NCBI RefSeq assembly: GCF_000002075.1
Contig: NW_004797391.1
Location: 840,587-904,586 of the forward strand
Direction: 5' to 3'
DNA length: 64,000 nt
Source of the DNA: Aplysia californica
Lineage: Eukaryota
Shown here: one piece after another, positions 51,601 through 60,600 of the stretch
Numbering within the stretch: the stretch's first letter is position 1
How the letters are laid out: each line of letters starts with the position of its first letter
Notes under the pieces: generated by a model
Seen by the model: the letters and a program-made list of their open reading frames with translations, nothing else
Database searches by the model: none
What the model was told of the DNA's origin: nothing
Program-made: the position numbers and the translations under genes

Positions 51601-54600
51601 TGAGGCAGGAGCCACACCTGAGCCCGCCGACCGGAGTTTCTTCCTCAGTGTCACTAAGTCAGTCTTCATTCACTGTAGCACTTATTTATGTATTTGCCGA
51701 CTCACATGTTATAACTAGGCAGTTTAGTGAACACGCTCGCGGCAGGGCGAATCGGCCGCGGTACGCCTCGTAGATTTTTGTGACCGGCCGTGAAGCCTCG
51801 CGCTGCGGTGGGTCTAAACAACTCACAGTTTTGTTTCGTTTTGCAAATTGCACTACCACTCCCGATACATCTTTTTAAACAGAAAAGAAAGGTCTTCAAA
51901 ATGGCGGTCTTCGCGTGAAAATCGATTCAGTAGAACTGGAAATATTTGCATCTGAAAACAAGGCAGTTTTTACAACGCGATAAAATGAAAACTACTGGCT
52001 GTATATTTATGAATCTTTCAGAAGTTATAGATTATCCATTCTAGTTTCTTTTGACACCCGAGTTGTTTAGGTTGAACTTCGCACAACGCTACGGCGCTTC
52101 CCGTAAAAATGCATACAAAAAGCCGAAACGCCGAATCGGCCGGTCAGCGACCCGGCGCCCCGCTCTCCCCTGCACACTGTGATAACGTATTGCGCCGGCA
52201 TCGCATTTATTCGCGCTTTACTTGTTTCTCCGGATAATAATAATACGTGCGGCTATGAAATTATGAACGGACAGACAAAAGAATTCACAGTTTTGCTTTT
52301 ATTTTACCATATTTGGCTCTTGAATAGTGCAAATGATAGGTAAGTCTAGAATTCAGCAGTAGTAGGCTAGAAACAGTCAAAAGCCAGCATATCTAACTAT
52401 TTATGCCTTTGGGCTTTGGAATTGAAATAAAGCTTGAATTGCACAGTTCTAATTGATGTTAGATTCAGCATCTAGCTATATATTTCAGAGTTAATAATAA
52501 ATCTCATCATAACAATTGCTTTTATGAGACAACCTTTTTCTTAAATCAGTTTTGCGCAAACTTACTTGTTAGTAGTATAGTAGTAGAGAACAGAGTTTAT
52601 CTAAGCCTCTGCTCAGTCTTTCACTTTCAGTACCTAATAATTTAATGTTGTTATTTTCTGGATATTTTTACATTTACATTATCAAATTGTGCCATTTAAA
52701 AAAATATAATTTATGGCCAATGAGTCTGACTCAATATTTAAAAAAGAATATGCTCATCAATAAAAATTGCTAGTTGATAATAACTCAAAATGTAATGAAT
52801 AGTGAAGAAACATGTGTGAAAAAATAATAGAATGAGGTAGACTATAAATATAATTTGTCCAAAAAATTGCAAGTGCAACTTGTGTGAAGATCATAAAATG
52901 ACTGTCATTTTTTTCCTTTTCATCTTTCCGCAGTTTATTAAATGTTCCAGTGGGTCTACAACTAGGTCTCCGAAGAGCATTTTTCTTGAATTTATAAGCT
53001 CTTTTATGCACTTGAAAGCATAAAATATAGCTTCACACAAATGTATGTTACAATACTTTGTAAAAGAAGGATAGGGAGCTGACTTATGGCGGTCATTAAG
53101 AAGTTGGGGTTTTTTTTTACGGAATCCGTTTAACGGTTAGAAAAACACTAAAAATACGTTTTGAAATCTTAAGAATGGCCATAAAAATTGGAAATTATTA
53201 CTTAATTGGCTTAGCTCTTTAATAATTATGAACAGTGAAAAAAGACAAAGAGAATGATGTATGATTTGTCTAAATATGCATAGCTGCCACTTTCCCGCTA
53301 AATAGCAGAAACTCCGCTACATCTAGCGTTTCCCTCAACTTTCCTCCTTCCTCCGCTGGACCGCTCTTGGTCGCAAATTTCATACTTTTTTTTTTCCACG
53401 CGGAAAACACCGAACTGGGAGAGAGACGAAAACGCGGTTCGCGCATGTCCGCCCGTAGCTTTCTACTTCCGTTCTTCTAGGCCCAGCGCTAGTTTCACAT
53501 TGTTTATTGTTGTGGAGCAACACAGTGTCGATTGGGCATCGGGACGTTAGCGCGTCGAGTTGTCATTGAAATTGGCGGAAATTCGAGAGAAATTGATTCA
53601 GAATGCAAAAATAAAAGGAACTGGAATGAGAAAGAAGCAGCCGGTGTGCGACTTGAAAAGTTCATTAGAAAATTGAACTAGATCTAGATCTAGCCGTTTT
53701 TTGCGAAAGAAATCGAGGCCCGCGGCACTCCTGTGCGGTCCCCCCCGTTTGTTTACATGACGGCTATTGTGGCTGCTGCGGAAGTGAATCTAGATCTAGA
53801 TTTAGATCTAGAAAATCTATCTCTAGATATAATCTAGATTTACACATATTTAGATATATCTAGATCTAGATTAGATATCTCTAAATAAGAAACACACTAC
53901 AGGGGCACTAAATAAGTGCAAACGGGACCGCCATTGTACAGGAGTGCCTGTGTGTATCCTTGATCCGATACTGCTCTACGTCTATCTATGTACACGTTTA
54001 AAGTGAAAGAAATCTTTTTATGAGACACCAGCTGGCAAAAAACACTAGATTTTTAGTCACCAAGTCCAAACTGTGTCAAATTGACTTGAATGCTTGTTAG
54101 TCAACTTACTGCCTTTATGGTTGTTGTTTTTTTTGTTTGTTTTTTTCAAATACATTTTAATTCAGTTGCCTATGGTTAACAATATGACAGCTTTCCCTTC
54201 CAAAACCGTAGGCTAGATTTTCCAGTATATATTGCCTCTGGATCTCACTGGTTTCGGAGAGCGCGCGTACGCCTTCGTGTGAATTTCCTCCTTTTTATAA
54301 ATTTCTGAGTGGCAGCTATGAATATGACAATTAGCAGCAAAGATATAGCCCATTTTGTCCATTTTGGGTTATCCTTGCGGGGGATTTTTTATCACCCTGA
54401 ACCTCTAGAAGTACCCAAAAAATATTTCTGTGACTTTGTAAAGAGGGGTTTTGTAGTTGTGTGCATTCTGTGTAAAATTCCCAACAAACTGATGTACAAC
54501 ACTTTAAAAAATATGCATTTTGTGTTGAGTAATGGTCATTTGTGTTGTAAAGTTGCATTTTTGTGTCACAAAAACTCAGTGTTAAAAGTGGCCTGAAATT

Positions 54601-57600
54601 GGCCAGATTTTAGGCATGAAAAATCGCCATAACTTTTTACATAAACTTTTTACTAATAAAGATATCAACAAAATTTAAACTGTTTTATGATCATGAAGGC
54701 AAGAGCTTTCATATGAAAGTATTTCAAAGCATATCAGACAAATAATAATTTGAAATTTTCACTAAACTGCCTATTATAACGTGTGGATGTATGGGCCAAA
54801 GGCCTTTAAAATCAGTAAGATATCTTAAAATGTTTTCATTATCTGTTATTGTTACATAAATGGTGTCTGTCGTGTAGTGGTTGGGGGCTTTGTTTCAAGC
54901 ACAAGACCTGAGTTTGATTCCCATGTGGGGAAAAGTTTTATTGAGTAATATCAGTCTTTCTGCTGGAACATTGTGTATCTCTCATCCCAGATTAGCCCGA
55001 ATTGGCAGGATCAAAGCGATCCTCCTAAATAATCTAAATTTTGTTGATGGGGACATAAAACACCTACATTTAGAAACAAAATGTTTCATGTACATATGAT
55101 GGGACAATTTGCAGTCTTTTTTTTTTCATTTCATTTTTTTAAAAACTATGATAATCGCATAGGCCATTATTGTACCATGAAATATCTCTGTTATTCTGAG
55201 TTGTAAGCTCTGCTATGTGATGTATTTCAGGATCAGTTATCAGAGGTCTGACAGGAAGAGCAAGTCAGGAAAGAAAGAGGATGAAAATGGACTGGTCAGT
55301 GAAAGCACTTTGCAAATTTTTCTTTTTTTTGACGGCACATAGTTTTGTGTCTCTGTCAGTCTGGAGTCCTCATATTTTACATTGAGGTAGACAAGACAAA
55401 GCTACTACAGTCGAACCTGTCCAAGGCAACCACTCATTGTCAAGGAGAGAGGTGGTCACCTTAGACAGATGGTCATCTTAGACAGGTAGTCCTCTTGGAC
55501 AGTTTTATTAAAATATATAGAACAAAATGCAAGAGGGGAAGTGGGAAGTGGTGGTTTGTACAGGTAATTGTCTTTGACAGTTGGATTGTTTCAGCGAATT
55601 CGACTATTTTAAAAAAGTATACTGTTAATTTTGCATTTGTGGAGGTTGTTTGGTTTGACAAACATTTCTGTTATAAAGAATTATTAAACCCACATCATAC
55701 CAAGCCATCTTAGTGTGCTGGTGTCGCATACTTTTTAGATGCCATGTCTTGCTTCAAGTTGGCGCATTATCTCAAATACCTGAAAGAATAAGCAGATCGG
55801 AATGCCTAGAACGACATTTTTACATTTTTGCGCCCCCCCGCACAACTCAGTGGTGGGATGGCACCAATGACAGGTCCTTTTTCTTTCCTCTCCCTTTTTC
55901 GTCTCTGTCTATTGATTGTCTTTCTTTTTTCAGCACTAAATGACCATCATGTGTTGATGTGGTTACTCTTTACTTAATCAAAGTAACCAAACCCTCCCCA
56001 GCGGGTTCCAACCCACAGTGTTTCCATCCATGAGATGAAGGGAGCCTGGAACCAGTTCAACAGGACGGTGGTCATCGGCTTGTACGACAGCTACATGAGG
56101 GCCAAGGCACTGCGCCGGAACCTTTCCTCTGAGGCCTTGAAGGGTTTCAGGGTCGACTCTACGCCCAATGTTGTGGTATGTTACCTACAGTCACTCTCGC
56201 AAGAAAACTGAGTTATTCTGTGTGACCTTGCTTTGCAAAATGGGTAAATAACATTGGGGGGTACTCATTTTTCTCAGTAAGGGATGTTATAGAAATAGTT
56301 TGGAAATTAACTTATGATTGATTGCATATGTTTTACACTCTCATAGACCTAATTTAAAGCCTATAGCATGCAGTCTCATTGGGCCAACCCAGGCTGAGTG
56401 GGATACAACGTCCTAGCAGAAAGATGGAAACATTGAATGAAATAACTTCCCCTTGTGGGTGTTAAAAATCACATCTGTTTGTAACAGCAAAGAGTCTTGC
56501 CATTTCACCACCTATGCCGGACATGGGTTTAAACAGAAAGAGCAAATTGTGGGTGCTGCAATTGGTCTTCAGGATTCATTATGAAATGAAATAAAAGTAC
56601 AGTTTTCTCTAGTTTTAATGTTTAAACACTTGCAATTGTTCGATTGCTGTTTGCAAGGGCATTATTTGAAGACTTTTTAACCCTATCCGTATGCCCTGGG
56701 GTCATTTTGTACCCCCGGGGTTGTACTCTTCATATTTTAGAGTACTTCGAGTGCGAAGATCTCTTTGAAACTTTTTGAGTATTTCTCGAAAATCTTTTTG
56801 ACAGACTGCTATGCAAAGCGTACGGATCGGATTAACAAGTAAATTTCCTCTTTGGAAAGTGGTGGCACAGAGTTCCCCACGTTGTATGGATACGATAGTA
56901 AAATGCGACGTGCGGATATGGTTAAAATCGTTTTCTTTTCTGTGATGAATATCTTGAGCCAAAACCGCGGGCTAAATGTTTGTGCAAACCTAAAGATATC
57001 AGTCTGGAAATGGATGAGCCAGATTTATGTATTTGAAGCTTTGCTATCTTTTTGTTGGAGGTGAAAAAGTTTTCATAGAATTATGACTAACTTGTGTATT
57101 TTGTCATTCTATCAGACATAATGTTTTACAATGGCATTTTAAAGGGGAAAAAATGTGTGACAAGATTCTCCTTTTTCTTTCAAATGTCAAATGCTGTTGT
57201 AACTCATTTTTAAGCATTGAGAATATTTTGTCATTTTGTAAAATATTTGTTTTTGCTTCCTTTTCCGTCAGAAGAATCGGTCGTTCTCTTTGTCCAGTCC
57301 AGACATACAGTCTGAGTCTGGAGAGGATCCCGGGGGTGAAGCCGTAAGCCCCTCCCCTCTCAGCAAGTTACAGATGGGACACGCCCACTCCATGCTCCTC
57401 AAGCTGGTCTCCGAGTCTGACAGCAAGTCTGTGGCCTTCACTGAGGAGGTGGGTCGGATTTTGTTGTTGTTGCTGTTGTTGTTACTGTTGTGGACTTTGT
57501 TGTTATTGTCAAAGCTACCTGGTTTGACAGTGGCATAGGTAGCCCAATGATTATGCTGCTGCACCTGCATCCTTATGGTGTTTGTTTTTCAATCCTAGTG

Positions 57601-60600
57601 CAAATCTGGCCCTTACCTCGTATTCATGAGAGGGTCATTTTACACACATTTTCCTCACTTCGACCCGGTGAGAAGGGGCACCCACCTGAGATGGTGATAG
57701 ATCTTGTCATGGTTTTGTTTGTTTGAGTGTCTGTAAAATGGTACCCTGCACAGCTGTTTTCCAGGAAACTGCAAATAATATTTTTCGGTCATGATAAACC
57801 AGAAAGTGCTCAGAGCCTCCCTTCAAGAAGAGATATTAAATGTGTTAAGGCCCTCTATTTAATTATTTAATGAAGATGTACAAGATTACAATTGCTTTCT
57901 ATTCAGAACATTGCCAGCAAGTCTTTATGCTGCAAAAACTGACACAAAGTTAAAAAAGCAAATGAAAGTTTATCATCCGTAAAAACCACTGTAATGTTCA
58001 TGCTGTTTCAGCCCTCTGATTCCAATGTGGAGCAACTACATGGTATCCGAGCCTGCAAACTTACAGATATCCTACAGACAAACTGGCATAGTGAGTACTT
58101 TGTTACTTTGCTTTTAAATACATGCAGGGAAGACCTGAATATTCCTTGGTAAAAATGTTAGAAGTCAACGGACAATGTATGGAGATAGAGCACTGCTTTT
58201 CATTGTAGGTGCCTTTTTTTTTTGGTACTATAGATACTTTTAATAAACATTTTAATAATGTGAAGAGAATAATGCTGTTTCATCAGCCCATGAGAGTGTT
58301 TGTCAGTTTGTTTTAGAGCTAAAATATTAACCTTGTGTCTTTTATGTGGATACATTTTAAGAAATAATGACCTTATCAGTGAACTATGCAGTGAGGTTCT
58401 GTTCCATGTATCATTTATTTCAGTTGAGCTTCACAACAGTCAAGTCGTTGTACGAGGCTGTGAAGCGCCGGGCTATGTGATCGTCAGCGCAGCAAGGGCA
58501 AAGATTACTTCCTATACACATATGCCCATATGGCGGCAAGGTCAACTGCGTTCTAAGTCTACATGGAATGGTGATGTGGACTGTATGCAGGTACAGAATA
58601 ACTGTTGGTGTGGGGTTTGATTTGTTTTTTGAGTCGGTGTAATACAAACATGGGGAGTAAGAAAGAGGTTCTTCTTCCCTTAATCTATCAGATGCTTCTG
58701 AACATGAGTATTGATTGTCTTCAGTTGTGTGTTTGAGATTCAAGGATTATATTTTCTTTTGAAGATTTGGGAGGAAATATTTCTGCTTTGAGTCGCATTC
58801 AATTTCACTTTTTCGACACTCTCTGACCAGAAAAAAAAATCAATTGATTGTACTTTGTAAGTGTTTTACACCTTTATTAACACAATATCAGTCATTGTGA
58901 GGACCAACCTTAGCTGAATGAGGTACAGCATCCCAACAGATTGGGGTACACAATAAGATAATTTCTCTACAAAGGAATTAGACTTCATCTTCTGTTTGCA
59001 ATGGCAAAGAACCGTACCATAACACCTCAGTCAATGGTAAAAGCCTAATGCTCAAACTAAAAAAACCCAAAACAATCCTGTTTCCCTTTTAGTATTACGC
59101 CACCGTGGATCCCAACAACAGCTACGACCGTGACAACATCCCCTGGTTGTCCAGAGAGAACGTGGAGGACCGCGCCAATGCTGACTTGACTGGTCTGCCC
59201 GAGATGATCGGCAGTGGTCAGTCTGTGGGCAGTGTGGTCAGTAGTGCAGTCACGGGTGTAGCACCTTCTGCGGAGCAGGTCAGTGATTTACTGTTGATGC
59301 TTTGGGTTTCTCATCACACTCCAGTAAAGAAGGTTTCTTTTAAGTTCTGCACCATCGTTCCTTTCCTACAAGCTTTTCTTTATCTTTGGTTGTACTCAAG
59401 TAAGTTTCTTTTTTAAGTTCTCTACCATTTGTTTTTTTAACTTCTTTATATCTCAGGTCACACTCGAGTGAAGTAATGTTCTTTTCAGTTCTGTTTCTAA
59501 TGTTCATTCCATCAACCTCTTTTTACCTCACCCGTCACACTCAAGTAATGCACAATTTTTTAAAGTTCTCTTCCATTGTCCCTTCAACCTCTTTTTATTT
59601 TATGTTACACTCAGGTAAAGTAAGTTTTTATTTAAAAGTTCTACACCATTTAAATAAATGTGTTAATCTCAAATACACCCAAGTGCAGGTGGTTGGAGGG
59701 TATCACTGGTAGTTCCTACTTCTTTTCTTTCCCTTTGTTGTGTCAGTCTGTCTTTTTTACCTTTTCCCTGCATTTAATTAAGGTTATTGTGTCCATGTGT
59801 GCTTCTCTTACTCAGAAAAGCAAACAGGTTCAAGGAAAGTAAATAGGCTTGAGTGCAATTTATTTATTCTCTCTTTGAAGCTTTCAAGGCCTTCAGTATT
59901 TATGTTTCTACATTGGGGTATATTGTAGTCAAAAGAGGACCAAGTCAGCTGGACTTTAGGATCCACTACAGTGGATAATGTCAAGGGAATACAAAGAAGA
60001 CACACATTTCACCGTGAAAAGTGTCCAGTCTATTTTCCACCCTCCTTCCCATTTTTTGGTATGGAGATGCAAAAAAAATATTTTCACAAAAATGATCAAA
60101 TCAGTTTTTTTCAATGAAGGTCTACTGTAAAGCGTCATGACCCATACTCTGAAAAACTCAGAATACTGTACGAGAATATAAGGTAAGAAATTATCACCTC
60201 TTTTCTCCTGCGTACATCTTTTATGTTGATTGTACAAAAAATAAGCCCCAATCTCAAGTTCTTCCCTCGTCCCCCTCTAGCCAAGCCCTGGGGACACTGT
60301 TCAACTCCAAAGGATCATCTACCGCTGCAGCTGTAAGTTTTTCTACGCCAACTATGGGGATGTGGACCCCAACAATCTGCCTGAGGTGCCTTTGCCGGTA
60401 AGGAATAAAAGATTTTTTGGTATTATTTTCTAGAAATGTTAGATAAAAACAAACCGTGTGAAAATGTTATTTTATGTAAATTTCTATTTGACAATTTTTT
60501 CATCACTTTGCGGTAAGAACTGTCGAAGTCTGCAATTTTTGTTTTCGGAAAGCAGAAAAATTAACGCTAGTGTCATTCTGCTATGGTATTACCTTCAGTC

